Part shown: positions 15,389 to 29,766 of the stretch, one piece after another
Layout of the letters: every line of letters begins with the position of its first letter
Position numbering within the stretch: the first letter of the stretch is position 1
From: Lama guanicoe
Lineage: Eukaryota
DNA: 64,000 nucleotides
Direction of reading: 5' to 3'
Assembly: GCA_013239625.1 (NCBI GenBank)
Contig: MU054212.1
Span: 1,116,001-1,180,000, forward strand
Notes under the pieces: generated by a model
The model's input: the letters and a program-made list of their open reading frames with translations, nothing else
What the model was told of the DNA's origin: nothing
Database searches by the model: none
Made by a program: the position numbers and the translations under genes

Positions 15389-16914
15389 TGAGTAGCTATA
15401 TTGCAATGCTTTGGTAGATAATATAGTGTTGAAAGCAAGTAAACGACAAATCAGAACCTTTACAGGAAGCGTCAGGTAAAATGCTCGGTTGGTTGATACC
15501 TGCCACGCCGTTACGTTTTTCGTGCGATGCCAAGGACCATGTTCTCGGTGTTGTTTATAAGCTGACTTCAGAGAACAGAGCACTGTTCTTAAGTCTTGCG
15601 ACTTCTGTATTTTAAACAGGTAAAACGATCATAATTTATAAGCAGTTCTGGTGACCTTGACCAGTCACTGAGATTCATGGTCCTGATTTTTGGATGTGAG
15701 GGGATATAAATTTCATAAGACTGTTCTGTGATTCTGAGATTTCTATTCTTAAATCCTTATGTTGGGTAATTTTCCTTGATGATTCTGGTTGGTTCCATTG
15801 ATCTCTCACAGGTGGCTTAGATACTTTGTGCTTCTCAGCTAAATTGAGTCATATTGTATTCAGGCTAAACTTAAACGATTATTTAAACAGAAGAATGTGA
15901 AGTTCAAGGCTGATAGAATCATCCAGGGCAAGGATTCATCCATTTCCTCATCAATTAAAAATCATTTGTTTTTCTTTCCCCCCAGTCTGGTAAATACCCA
16001 CCATTTGCAATTTGAATAACTTTTACCAGATACTGGATGTCCTTTGACATTACACCACTTGTCAGTTTTTCCAAAAGATGTTGATGTCACAGAGAACCTT
16101 AGTGAGCTGTATTTCTACTTACGTCAGTATTGAAGATTTTGGATGTTAACTCTTAGTTGAGGTCATTAATTTTTCATTGCAAAAATGTTCGGGTCTCCCC
16201 AAAGTCATATTACACAAGCAGTGGTCCTTTATTAATTTGACTGAACAGATTTGCAACTTGTGATAATCCGTCTTTTATATCTTAATAATTTCTGAGAAAG
16301 GAATGGATTGAATAAATAATGTAAATTAGCCTGAGCTCCAGAAGAGAACCAAATTTATGCACATGCTGGAAGCATACATTTACATAAAAATGTTTGTTGT
16401 GTTGGTTAAACATTTTTGTTTCATTAAAGCTGATCCCACTGAATCTATTTTGTTTACTTAGTTTAACGTGACATTTGTATTGAAAGGGACGCGTTTGAAG
16501 TGAGAGATTTTTAAGTAAACTTACTCATTTGTTTGGTCTTTATATTGAACAGCCTCAAAAGCTAGAGAAAGGGCTCTCCCTCTGGTCCTCTCACTTATTT
16601 TAACCCAGTTTAGTATAATTTTGCCTGTGGCTCCTGTATTTAAATTCAGATTCTGAGGCTGATGCTCCAACTTTTGTGAACATAAGAGAAAAAAAACGTT
16701 TTCCTTTTGCAAAAAAGTAACGTAAAAAGTGATCGTAAGGGGACAGTAAATTTGTGGTAAGCAGTTATTGTTTCTAACCTGCGCATTGGCAAGGAAGCTG
16801 TAGAATTCAGAGGTTTCTGTCTGTGGCACCTTCAGCAGTCCCGCCAGAAGCCGCAGGAGAGCCCCAGGATCCTGTCACCCTGTTCTCTCAGCTGCTGGGA
16901 CCATGCTGATTTAA

Positions 16915-17547
<633 letters not shown>

Positions 17548-20500
17548 TGAGGGCATCGGAGCCCTGGTGGGGGTGTTGGGGAGGGGGCTTCATTGTAAAC
17601 ACAAAATACAGTTTTTTTTTTCCCTTCTCTGGAGTTACTAATGATTTATTTCCAAATGTTCATCCTGGCCGATAATAGATTGATACATGAGTTATTGCCC
17701 AAAATGTCAAGGACAAGAAGGCTTTGAACAATTAGTAGCTGGTGTTGCTTTTTCCTGCACTTCGTTTGGCTGGGTCCTACCATCCCACTGGATCCCCAGA
17801 ACAAGCCCACGATAGGGATATAAAACCATCCCCTGTGTTTTACAGAAAAGATAAACAGGGATCTTAGCAGGCTTCACGTGACCTCCGAGCTCACCCAGCG
17901 AGTGAAGCCAGGCTGTCTCGTTCCAGAAACTGACCACGCGCTGGCCTTAGAGGAGGTTCTGCTTCCCTTTACGCCTCTTTTTTGTTTGCTTGCTTGAGGA
18001 TCTGAAGAAAAATGAAAATCTTTAAGAAATGGATCACGCATGTGAAAGAAGGCGGCTATTATGTGAGGTGCCCCACCCACGTGCACACCGGTAACTAGTA
18101 GCACGCCAGTGCGAAGTTTAGTAACCTCTGCCCTCAGGTAGCCAGGCGTTGTGGGCATTGCTGAAAGTCAGCCCCCCTCCCTGCAGACCCCACAAGTGCT
18201 TTGGAAGATTTTTGCTGAGGAGTGCTTTCATGAGCACGGGGAGGGTGATACGTTTGCTGATTTTTCTGTTGACAGTGGAGTGTATGTTACTTCCCCAGTA
18301 ATTTCTTTCCATCATGATGTGCCTTAAGTCGGGGCCTCCTTACCTTTGTCTGTGGGAATTATATTTTAAAGATTATACTAATAAGTCACAACTGGAACAA
18401 CACAGAAAGCTTCCCAGGATCTGAATTACTTAAACCCACGGCCAAGTTATTTTTCTTCTCATTACCTTGAGCATGTCTTTCTTTGCATTCAGGCTCACGA
18501 GCCTTCAGTGATGTGTCTCCTTTTTTCTCTTGGCTATCTTAAATGTAGTTCTGATCAGTCTCCTGTGCAATCTTGTCTGTCAGTGTTTTTTTTTTTTTCT
18601 TTCAAGCCCGGGGTTGTGGTCCTACACATGGGGAAGGATGTTCAGGCTATTCAAGTTTGTCTGAGAATTTTAATTGAGTCAGCCTTCTCACTTCAGTGAC
18701 CATTGCAGGTTAAGTGCTTGCTTAGATGTAAATTTCTTAAAATTCTGAGTTACTCTGAACGTGACGATCGAGGTTCAGTGTTCCAGGGAGACTCGCCAAG
18801 TAGGGGCGAGAGCCTGGCGTTTACGGTTGTGTGTGATTCTGGCGTTGGGGCACCAGTGTTAGGCATCCGTTAGAAGTCTCTCTCCTCAGTCCCCTGATCA
18901 CTGAATTCTCTAAATTGGGTTTTGAAACTGCTGGAGAGGTAGAAGTCAGGATTTGTATTCTGTCATGCTTGCCATTTTCATTAATTTTTCATTTTAAAAC
19001 AAAAACGCTTCACCTTTAAAGAAGCTAGTAACTTCCCTTTCTTCCCCCTAGAAATTAATTTGGCGTGGTTTTAGTGTGTGCCACCGGTCATCCCCAGAGG
19101 GGCTGAGTGAATGCCGACCGTGATTGGTCCTTTGCTGTCATGGGGATGGTTCTAGAAGTAAGGAGGCCACAGCACCATCAGAGGATTCTTAGGAGTGTGG
19201 GTTGGGAGGTACATAGTCAACAAGAGTTTGGCTCTTGCCAGAGACCTGGAGGCAAAAAGAACTGCACGGCTAACTTGACATGACATTGATGTTTCTTCCC
19301 CGTGCCCGGACACCGGCGTTTCATTCGTCTTCCCCGGCGACCGTGCAGGGAGGTATCAGATGGTGGCATCCTGCATTTGTTCATGAGGACCTCTGCCCAG
19401 GGAGGCTGTGATGTGGCTCTTGTCAAAGGCTCCCCGTAAGGCTTCTAAGCTCCCAGCTCTGTTTTTGAAAACACAGGGCTCAGTCGATGAATTTGCTTGC
19501 CAAGAACCTTTTTTCTTTTCAGTGCACATTTAGGTTAGAGATAAGGCCCCTTGAGATCTTTTCATCCACAGGCTCCCGGGGAGCTTGGTCCAGAGGCTCT
19601 GATTTAGGCAGGTGCATCCTATGACACTGACTTAGTTTCTTCAGTGACTGAAAATCTGCAGAATTATTTGGAAGCTGCTTTTGTGCCTGCGACTAGCTCG
19701 GCGCGGGCTTTCCCTTTACTCGTTAGTTGCAAATCATGTGCAGGTGCCCACGTTCTTTTAGTTTCAAGAACACCTTTTCGCATACTTTGCCCTTGGTTGT
19801 TTGGGACGGTTTGGGATCCACAGGGCAGGGCGGTCTTTCCCGCGTCCACCCCACGCTGCCACTTGGGTTGCCCTTGTGGTCGTGTCTTCCTTTTTCCCCG
19901 TCGTCGTCGTGGCCACACGTGACATAGCAGTGAAGCTGTATGCCGTCAGGGGTACATGGGGCCCTTGTGCACCTCAGCTCTTTGGGAGTCTTGGCCAGAC
20001 TGCAGGAAGGATTTCTTTGTTTACTGCCTTTGCTTCTCTGCGCTGCGTGTGTGCAGTGCCCCACCTCCGACCTTCTCCACCCTCTTGCCTTGTCCTGCCA
20101 CCTGTCCTGACTCGGCTCACTTCTCCCGAGTGGCTGACTTACCGTGTTGCGAGGAGGAATAAACGGGTTCACACGTACTTAAGCACGTGGTAAATGCTAT
20201 CCAAGTGGTGTGATAGTGGTGGTGGTTCTTATTGAGAGCTTAATGCTGGGAAGTAGTGTTATCAAATTTGCTGTCTCTCTTTAGAATAAAGAACTTGTTT
20301 TGGTGTTGAGAGCTGTCAGTAGAGCGAGTCCTGAGGGAAAAAGGCAAAATGGGTATGTGTAGCTGGAGGGGTACAGATACCGCACAGTCAGTACCCACGT
20401 TTTCCCTGAATTTCCACAATGCACACACTTTAGGAAGTTGACCCAGGGGTTATAGAGTAATCCCAATTTCAAAATGCGAATTGATGTTTACAGTTTTGAA

Positions 20501-20576
20501 TTTTATATGTCTTTTCACCCCATCAAACCTATGGTAGTGATAAGTCCATTAACATACAAGTGATGAGTATTTTTCT

Positions 20577-21105
20577 CTTTTTTAAATTAACATTGATTTT
20601 TATTGAAGTATAGTCAGTTTATAATGTGTCAGTTTCTGGAGCACAGCATAATGTTTCAGTCATATATATACATATACGTATTCGTTTTCATATTCTTTTT
20701 CATTATAGGTTACTATAAGATTTTGAAAATAGTTCCCTGTGCTGTACAGAAGAAACTTGTTTATCTGTTTTATGTATAGTAGTTAATATTTGCAAATCTC
20801 CAACTCCCAATTTATCCCTTCCCATCCCCTATCCCCCTGATAACCATAAGTTTGTTTACTGTGTCTGTGAGTCTGTTTTTGTTTTATAGGTAAGTTCATG
20901 TGTCTTCTTTTTTTTTTTTTTCCAAATTCCTCATATTGTATTTTTCTTTCTCTTGCTTACTTCACTTAGAATGACAGTCTCTAGGTCCATCCATGTTGCT
21001 GCAAATGGCATTCTTTTATTTTTTATGGCTGAGGAGTATACCATTGTGTGTGTGTGTGTGTTTATATATACACACACACCACAACTTCTTTATCTAGCCA
21101 TCTAT
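20577..21105 (-). mobile_element. 5'-truncated LINE-1 3' end
   Basis: T-rich tail, ttgaagtatagtcagttta, tctaggtccatccatgttgctgcaaatggc; 14-bp TSD atgagtatttttct at 20563-20576 / 21106-21119. Confidence 0.9.
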
Positions 21106-22824
21106 ATGAGTATTTTTCTTGATTATTTAAAAGCATTAGGGACAAGTCTATATTTTAATAAACTTTTTTTAATTTCTGTCTAGTCCTCTTTTTTCTCTAA
21201 ACAACACAGATGTGTACAATTCCCCTCTCCTTCCGTTTTCGCAGTCTGCGTCATGTGTAGAATACAGATACATGTGTTTGGTTTTATGTGTGTACATGCT
21301 TTCATACACACCCTTTATATGGTGCGACCAGTTATGAAACTGATTTTTAGTAACAGTCTGTCTCTAAATGCTTAAATATTTGAATGAGAGTTGGTGGACA
21401 TATTCTAATGAAGTTCCTTTATGTATTTTGAGAACTCTTATTTTGAAACTGTCTTCCGAGCTTGGACCCATAGGTTTTGAATATCCTGCATGCTGGCTTT
21501 GTAAAACCTTGGGTTTGGGTTTCAGGAGCACAAGACTGGCCCTCAATGTGTAATTGTTGAATGAACAGGTGAATCTATAGGCAGGAAGTTCATTTGATCA
21601 GTGTGAGTGATGGCATTGCTTTGAGAGAGGGATCAGGTTATCAGGGACTGTCTGCTTTTCTTGGTGGCACCAGACCTGTTTCTGCAGCCAGTGCAGAGGA
21701 TGATGATGCAGGAATATCTTGACACCTGGTGTAAGAGGATGGCCTCTTAGGAGGAAGGGCAGCCCGCCAGGCATTGACATTCCGATGGGCTGGCCGAAGA
21801 AGTGTGACTCCACAGAAGTGCATTAAATCAGCTGGAACAAAGTAAAAAGCAGATGGGTTTAGATGCGGTCTCTGCTCATTGCTGGGAGTACCGAGGTGCG
21901 AAGGCTGGGCCCCGGTTCTCCATACGCGCAGCCTGGTGGGCGCTGTGCTGTCACGGCCTTTCACAGCTCCACCAGTTACAGCCCTGCTTCGGGAGGACGT
22001 GTGGCCTCGAGGCCACACTGAAGGAGTTACAGTGAACTGTACCTTTTGTGTGTGCACCCACGGCAGCCTCATCACAGCGTCTTTCCCTTCGGTGAGGCTG
22101 CCTTGTTTGTGCTTTCTGACAAACGCCACCTCCTCCCGCACAGTCTGCTCTGTTTTGGACTTCTGCCTCCCTCCCCACTTTCCTTTGGAGGAAGGTGTAT
22201 GATAGGTTATGGCTTCTTGTGCCCACGAACAGTGTCTGCAGGGACTGCTTTGGTGATTGACCTTTACTGCGTTTAAGTCACCCTGGTATCCGTCTCCTTC
22301 TTCGGGGTTTTTAGCCCGACTTTGTCCCCTGCAAAGTTCTGTGTGCAGTCTCCCCCAGGGAGAGTTGCCGGTCTCTGGACCTTCCTCCTGCTCGGTGTTT
22401 CAGGTGTGTTCCGTCGGCTTTCGTGCTTCTCTCTGTACTTCTGTTCACATGAAGGTACATTTTTCATTGGTGTCCCCCATAGGAAGTGGGGGGTCTGCCT
22501 TGCTCTTTCGCCCCTCAGTTCGTGATTGAGTCAGGGCCAGTGCAGACCTGTGGCTGTGCCCCCATCTCGGGGACATGTTGACGTCTCCGAGCTGTCGGGG
22601 AGCAGTGTGCCTCTGCATCTGTGGAAGCACAAGCCTGCCTCTTGTATCTGAACAGCGTGCCTTGCCAGCATGAGCTAATGTTGTTATTTATAGGATCAGG
22701 AAAAAGGCAATGCAGGAAGAGGAGCAATTCCCTGAAGTTCTGTTAATTGCAGTCTTCTCTTCCGTCCCACGTGGCTTCCTTCATTACTTCAGGCACCAGA
22801 AAACAGGGTTGCCGTTTGTTCTTA

Positions 22825-23070
22825 GAAGGATAGACTGGGAGTTCAAAATTTGTAGATACTAACAGGCATACGTAGAATAGATAATCAGGATTATACTGTA
22901 TAGCACAGGGAAGTATATACAAGATCTTGTGGTAGCTCACAGCGAAAAAGAATGTGACAATGACTATATGTATGTTCATGTATAACTGAAAAATTGTGCT
23001 TTACACTGGAATTTGACACAACATTGTAAAATGACTAACTCAATAAAAAAATGTAACAACAACAAAGAAA
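22825..23070 (+). mobile_element. LINE-1 3' UTR fragment
   Basis: tgtatagcacaggga...tgacacaacattgtaaaatgac...aataaaaaaa; homologous to the 3' end of the 5.2-5.9 kb L1. Confidence 0.82.
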
Positions 23071-24647
23071 ATGACACAAGATGAGAGATTGGTTGAATCT
23101 GGTGTCTGGGAGGTGGAGGATCTGTTTGTCTTTGCTTCCCAGCGCCGTCAGTCCATACCATGTGGTTTAACGACTGTTCACTGAAATAGGGTGGTGATGA
23201 CTTAGATGGCTGCCTGGTTAAGTACATCTGCTCTTCTTTTAACACGCTCTCTACAGGCTGCTGGGTTGAAAAGCCAGTGGAAAGTTCATAGTGATTTAGG
23301 TCCCTAAGCTCACTAGCTGTGCCTACGAGGATGAGCGCTGCCCTGCCTGCATTAGCCCTGGCCCTAAGGGTAGGGGTTAAACGTGTCATCTGTCATTAGG
23401 TGTCCTTCACAGCAGCGTTGCTAATCCGATTCTGCTTCTCAGCAGCGTTAATACTGAGTCACACGTGAGTGAGTGGGTTGTCACAGCGTGTCCTCCTGCG
23501 TGCTGCGGGTGACAAGGAGGGCCTCTCTTTTTAAAACACATACATAATAGTTTATTTTAAGATGTTAAACAACTTCATAAAAATAACCCAGTGGTAATTA
23601 AGTTCTAAGCTGTTTCGTTTCAAATTGTTCTGTAGTCTTTAATAAACACATAGGAGACTTTTGAGGGAGTTTTGTTTACAAATCTAATATTTACATGTTT
23701 TAACACTGTTTTTATAAATAGCTTGTATGGAAACTGTTTAGATTTCCATTGTGTTAATAATTTAATGTTTCCTGTTGTTGGAATATTTGACTGTTGTTCC
23801 CCTGTGATTTCTCAGTATTTCACTGGGATAGAAAGTAGTACCATATATATCTTAGCAAATTTTCCTCTTTCATTTTCCTGAATTGTTTCCTTTGGTTATA
23901 GCTCTGGTGGTGTCATTAGAATCAGAGTGCAAACAGGTCTGTAGCTCTTGCTAAATGAACTTGGATCTCCCCATTTTCTGGCCCTTTCTTGGATCTGAGC
24001 TTACATGCAGGCTCATTCCCCATGTTTTACCTCCACTTGCAAACTCCTACTGACTCTTCAAGAGCCAACCCAAATACTCCGACTTCTGGGTCGTCTTTCC
24101 CAGCTGTGAGGTTGCCCCATGGGTGAGCCACTCCATGCTCTCCATTCTCATAGGCCTCTGTGTATATGTCTCAAAGCCCAGCCCCGCCTGCATCTGCTTA
24201 CTTGCCTGCCTGCTGGTCGTGAGGTCCTGATCTCGCCCAGGGCGTGAGCTCTTTTGCTTTGGTCATTAGTGCTGCAGCCCCAGTGGCACCCACAGAGGTG
24301 CAGCGCTGTCATCAGGACATTACACCGACAGGGACCTGCACTCAGAGCTCCCAGATTACCACCTCCCTGAATCTCAACAGTGAAACTCCAGCCATGGTGC
24401 CACCAGGGGTCCCATCTCAACAGTGAGGGAAGTAAGGCTTATCTGGTCCAAGGTGTTCATGGAAAGAGAGGTTCCATGGCAGTTAGATCAGGATATCCTG
24501 GGTCTCCTTGGAGACTTTAGTTTTGTACCATGAAGAGGGTAGAGTGCACAAGTGTGCTGTATTTACTCAAGTCATTTGATGAAGGATGCAGCAGAACACT
24601 TGGAGAAACACTAGGCTACATGATTTCTTCCAGCTTTCAAATCGCAT

Positions 24648-24750
24648 GCTTGTGTGAATATACTAAAAGCCACTGAAGTGTACACTTTAAAAGGAAAGAG
24701 TTTTCTGGTATGTGAAATATATCTCAACAAAGCTGTTAAAAATATTTTTT
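24648..24750 (+). mobile_element. Old L1M 3' terminal fragment
   Basis: gtgaatatactaaaagccactgaagtgtacactttaaa...tatctcaacaaagctgttaaaaa. Confidence 0.7.
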
Positions 24751-27700
24751 TCATGGTTCTGGAATCTTCAGTGCTAACTACCTGGCATTATTTCTGCTTT
24801 TTACAATTTGTCTTCAATTTCTCTTTGAAAAAAACCCACATAGCAGCTTGCCCATTTGAAATCCTTTTACAGAGTGTGACATTCAGTTCTAGGAGAACTC
24901 TTCAAAGTGACTTTCCTGATAATACGTTCTATTTGTTTTCTCATTTAAGTCTCTGTGGATGTTAATCTACATCTGTTTTTCTAGGATTATCTTGTTGTCT
25001 TGAATCTCTGTCTTATTTTTAGTATGATTGTAGATTCATTTTGCTGTATTTCTGTGGTCTTTGCTTTTCTGAGTCAATTCTTGGCATTGTCTTCTTCACT
25101 GTTAAATCCTCTGATAGCACCTTTAACATAAACACATTTCTTTTAAATTTACTGCCATCTTTCATATAAATTCTTATTCTGCAGTTTTAGAAGACAGCAT
25201 AGTGTGTCTGAAAAAGCACTGGGCTCAGCTCAGAACGCACTGTTCCACTGGCTGGCCAAGCTTTCTGAGCCTGTGTCCTTGTGTGTAACAAGAGGACAGT
25301 GCCTCCCATGTCAGTCTTAAATGATGTAACATGGATGCACGGTGCTTGGTCGGGGCTTTTCCTATTTAGACAGAATTGTGTCTCGATTGTAAATCCAGTA
25401 TGAAGCACCTTCCATCACAGATTTTGTCAAAATCATGTGCCTAACTGTTGAGAGATCAAAGAAATCTGTTGCAACTAGTGCACTGTTCAGTTCCTCCACC
25501 GTTACTGGTGGACTTGGTTACATAACTCATTTTTTCAAGCGGATTGCTGTCCATTCATGTGGAGGTGCTGAAAACATAACTCCTGTGTTCTATTGTTTGT
25601 AATCAGAGATTTGTAGCCTGTCATGGAAAAGGCCTTCTGGGAGAATGCCAAGAGAAATAGAAAAAGTCCATGTCCCAACATAAACTTACCTAATTATGAA
25701 GATAGGAATGTAAATGCATGAAAAGGCAGTCGTACAAGACAATAACAAGGGCCAGATGAGTGCGTGGTGGTTGTGGGTGGCGGAGACTGGGGAAGAGGGG
25801 CTGGAGGAGGCGGCTGGAGAGGAGACAGCCTGCAGAGTGAGAGGCGTGGAGGTGAGGAGTGTTGGCTCTGGAGTCGGAGTGAACAGGTTCACATTTCAGC
25901 AGCTCTGCTTCTACCAGTTGTTGGTATGGCCTTCAGCAAAGCGCACAGGTTGTCAAATGATCTGCCCAGAGTGGTTGCCACCTTACCAGGCACAGGACGA
26001 GTGCAGCATGTGTTAGCTGTCATGACGGTGATAATGAGGCCCCAGTAAGCTTCGGCAGCAGTCTTTACAAGCTCAGCATCAGAACGTGTGTTTTCAACTA
26101 CCTTGTTGTGTCTGAACAATGCATGTTCACTTGGGGACATGGTAGAATGCAAAAAGTCCACCAAAGAGCAGATAAAAATCTTACACTCCAGAAATGACTA
26201 GTAGTTACCATTTTCTGGATTCCAGAGTATTGACTGTATCAGTCGGAGATCGGTGTCTTCTAAGCAGTCATTCACAGCAGTCTGTGAAAGTGGTGCTTAT
26301 GTCAGAAATTTGCACAGACCATGACAGAATAAGTGGGGACTCACAGAACAGCCCTGTGGTACAGAAACGGTGCATGGTTTCCCAATCTGTGACCTGTGTA
26401 GTCAGCAGTTCTCAGGGACCCACTGCAGTCCTGCTGCGTTTTCTAAGAAATGTGTTTCAAGGTCACCATCTTTCACTTGCTCAGTCTTTCATGTCTCGTG
26501 TTACATACATTGGACAGTTCTGTCCTTACATATGGGATTTTTATTAGCCAGGAATTCCAGAGGACTCTTACATCCTTTACACTTGTTCAGCATTCTCACT
26601 TGAAACACAGTCCTCGTCAACCGTATTTCTAAGGAGGTTAATTGCCTCCAGTGTAGTTTTCTGCTCAGTGCTGCTCATTTCCTCTTCCCTTTCCTTGGTT
26701 TCGGGGATCTTATTCCCCTGGGTTTCCTCCAGGCTCATGACCCACTTCTCCATCTCTTTGCTGCTTCCTGCTTGTCTGCCCAACCTCTGGCTGCTGGACG
26801 ACCTCAGGTCTTGGACTTCTCTCTGCCTCCGTCCCTCCTCCCTTTAGTGAGCCCGTCCAGCCTCACGACTGTCCCACGACTGTCCGTGTGTCCCAGTGAC
26901 CCCCAGATGTGTTCTGTGGTTCAGAGCTCCCTCGTGAATTCCAGCCTTGTGCATCCAGTCTCATCCTCAGCTCACCAGCAGACACTTCCCCCAGGCTCCC
27001 TGTCTTGTCCCCAGAGCTGCCCTCCCTCCAGTCTCTACCTCTTGCTTGCTGGTGACTTGAAAACCTGCATCCTTCACTTTTCTCTTTCTCACACCTCACA
27101 AAAGTCTGTTGTAAAGGAAGAATCAGCACTGTCAGTATTTGCAGATGATTAGAATATCACCCTGGAAAATCCCAAAGAAAAAAATTTAAAAATAGTGTGA
27201 CATGTGAAAAATCAACTTGCAGAAGTGCAGAATTTTTTTACATCCTGGCAACATTCACTTGGAGAGTAAAGTGGAGAAGTCAGACCCCCCTTTTGCTGCC
27301 ACAAGTATTATAAAATGCCTGAGAACACACCTGTCAGGAAGGCATTCCCGAGTGCCCGGAAGAACACACTGCATCTTTGTAGCAACAATGCAGTAGCTAA
27401 AAATCATGCTGATTTTAATTTGGCAATAAATATGCTCCATTTAATTTGGTGAAGATTCATGCTTTTGTTCTTCAGGGTTTCCTCTGAAGCAAATAAAGCT
27501 TGCCAACATTTTTTTCTCATGCTACCAGCGAGGAAACTGAGGCGTCAAGTACTTTTTGTGACACAGCACGTCAGTGCACAGTGTATGGAACGGAAGCCTT
27601 TATGTGATACTGTCTTGGCTTCATGGCTCTTTCATATGTTTTCTCTATTGTCTTCAGGCCAGGCTGTGCATATTTCTTTGAAAATTGAACCGAGTATCAA

Positions 27701-28002
27701 ATTGAGGATAATTCTCTTTTCTCTGCTGGGTTGTGGATGTTTTAATTTGTAACCATAAAAACTCCCACGGATCATTTTTACCTTAAATTGTTTTGGTGAA
27801 GAGGGGGAAATACAGTTCCACTATTTTAATGGTTGTTCATTGTAATTCCTTAATGGGTGATCAGACTAGACATAGAATTCATTTTGTAGTTATGCCTGCT
27901 CCTGGGGTAATGTCATTAAGCTCTATAAATGGTCTCCGTATTTTCCAGTTCTGTTCAAGTGCTCGTAACACAAAGAGCCCCATACTTCCTTCACAGTTTA
28001 AT

Positions 28003-29766
28003 ATTTTTTCCTATCTATTTATTTATTTATTTAAAAACAATTTTGATGTCCTTCCATTTCCATCCTGAGTAAGCATACTCAAATACATATTCAGAAGTAC
28101 AGTGTTTTGTTGTTTTTTGGGGGGGAGGGAGGTAATTAGATTTGTTTGTTAGTTTAATTAGTTAATTTTTTAGTTTTTCTAGGTAGAATTGTTATAATTT
28201 GACTGCACACATACAATATATTGCATGTAAATACATATATATAATATACTGCACATTTTTTTTAGTTTACATATATGTACTGATCATTGTTTCTAAGAAC
28301 AGATTAGAGCCTTAGCTTTTTAAACTTACAGTTATCAAGGGAATAAAGCCAACCACAAAATAAGAATCAACAGAATACAGTAATCCAGTCATAAAGGACA
28401 GTCAAATGTGCTTACCACATATTCAAGAAATCAGTCATTTAAGTTATAAATAATAAGTAGTTCAATTGTGTCCTTTTTTTTTTGATTCCACGTATAAGTG
28501 ATATTATATGGCATTTTTCTTTCTCTTTCCAGCCCACTTCACTTAGAATGACGATCTCCAGGTCCATCCATGTTGCTACAAATGGCATTATTTTATTCTT
28601 TTTTATGGCTAAGTAGTATTCCATTGTATATATCTACCACATCATGGACACTTGGGTTGTTTCCATGTCTTGGCTATTGTAAATAGTGCTACTATGAACA
28701 CTGGGGTGCATGTGTCTTTTTGAATCTTATTTTTCTCCCAGTATATGCCCAAGAGTGGGATTGCTGCATCAAATGGCAACTCTAGTTTTAGTTTTTTAAG
28801 GAACCTCTGTACTATTTTGCATAGTGGCTGCACCAGTTTACATTTCCACCAACAATGAAGGAGGGTTCCCTTTTCTCCACACCCTCTCCAGCATCTATAG
28901 TTTGTAGACTTCTTAATGATGGTCATTCTGGCTGGTGTGAGATGATATCTCATTATAGTTTTGATGTGCATTTCTCTGAAAATTAGCAGTGCTGAGCATT
29001 TTTCCATGTGCCTATTGGCCATTTGTATGTCTTCATTGGAGAATTGCTTGTTTAGGCCTTCTGCCCATTTTTGGATTGGGTTGCTTGTTTTTTGATATTA
29101 AGGTGTATGAGCTGTTTGTATATTTTGGAAATTAGTTCCTTGTCAGTCCATAATTTGCAAGCATTTTCTCCCATTCTCTAGGTTGTCTTTTCCTTTTGTT
29201 GTTGGTATCCTTAGCTGTGCAAAAGCTTTTAAGTTTAATGAGATCCCATTTGTTTATTTTTGCTTTTATTTCCATTACTCCAGGAGCTGGTTCAAAAAAT
29301 ATATTGCTGTGATTTATGTCTGAGAGTGTTGTGCCTGTGTTTTCCTCTAGGAGCTTTATAGTATCTGGTCTTACATTTAGGTCTTTAACCCATTCTGAGT
29401 TTACTTTTGTACATGATGTTACAGAATGTTCTAATTTCAGTCTTTTACATGTAACTGTCCAGTTTCTCCAGCATCAGTTATTGAAGGGACTGTCTTTTCT
29501 TCTCTGTATATTCTTGCCTCCTTTGTTGTGGATTAACTGACCACAAGTGTGTGGGTTTATTTCTGGACTTTCTATTCTGTTCCGCTGATCTATGTGTCTG
29601 TTTCTGTGCCAGTACCATACTGTTTTGATTACTGTAGCTTTGTAGTATAACCTGAAGTCAGGGAGTGTGATTCCTCCAGCTCCATCTTCTTTTTGAAGAC
29701 TGTTTTGGCTATTCGGGGTCTTCTGTGTTTCCATACAAGTTTTAACATTTTTTTGTTCCAGCTCAG
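28003..29766 (-). mobile_element. LINE-1 insertion (ORF2 C-terminal part ~28460-29760) with an extended 3' tail
   Basis: ORFs 28642..29022 and 29474..29794 translate to L1 ORF2 ([35 protein letters not shown]); perfect 14-bp TSD cttcacagtttaat at 27989-28002 / 29767-29780. Confidence 0.92.
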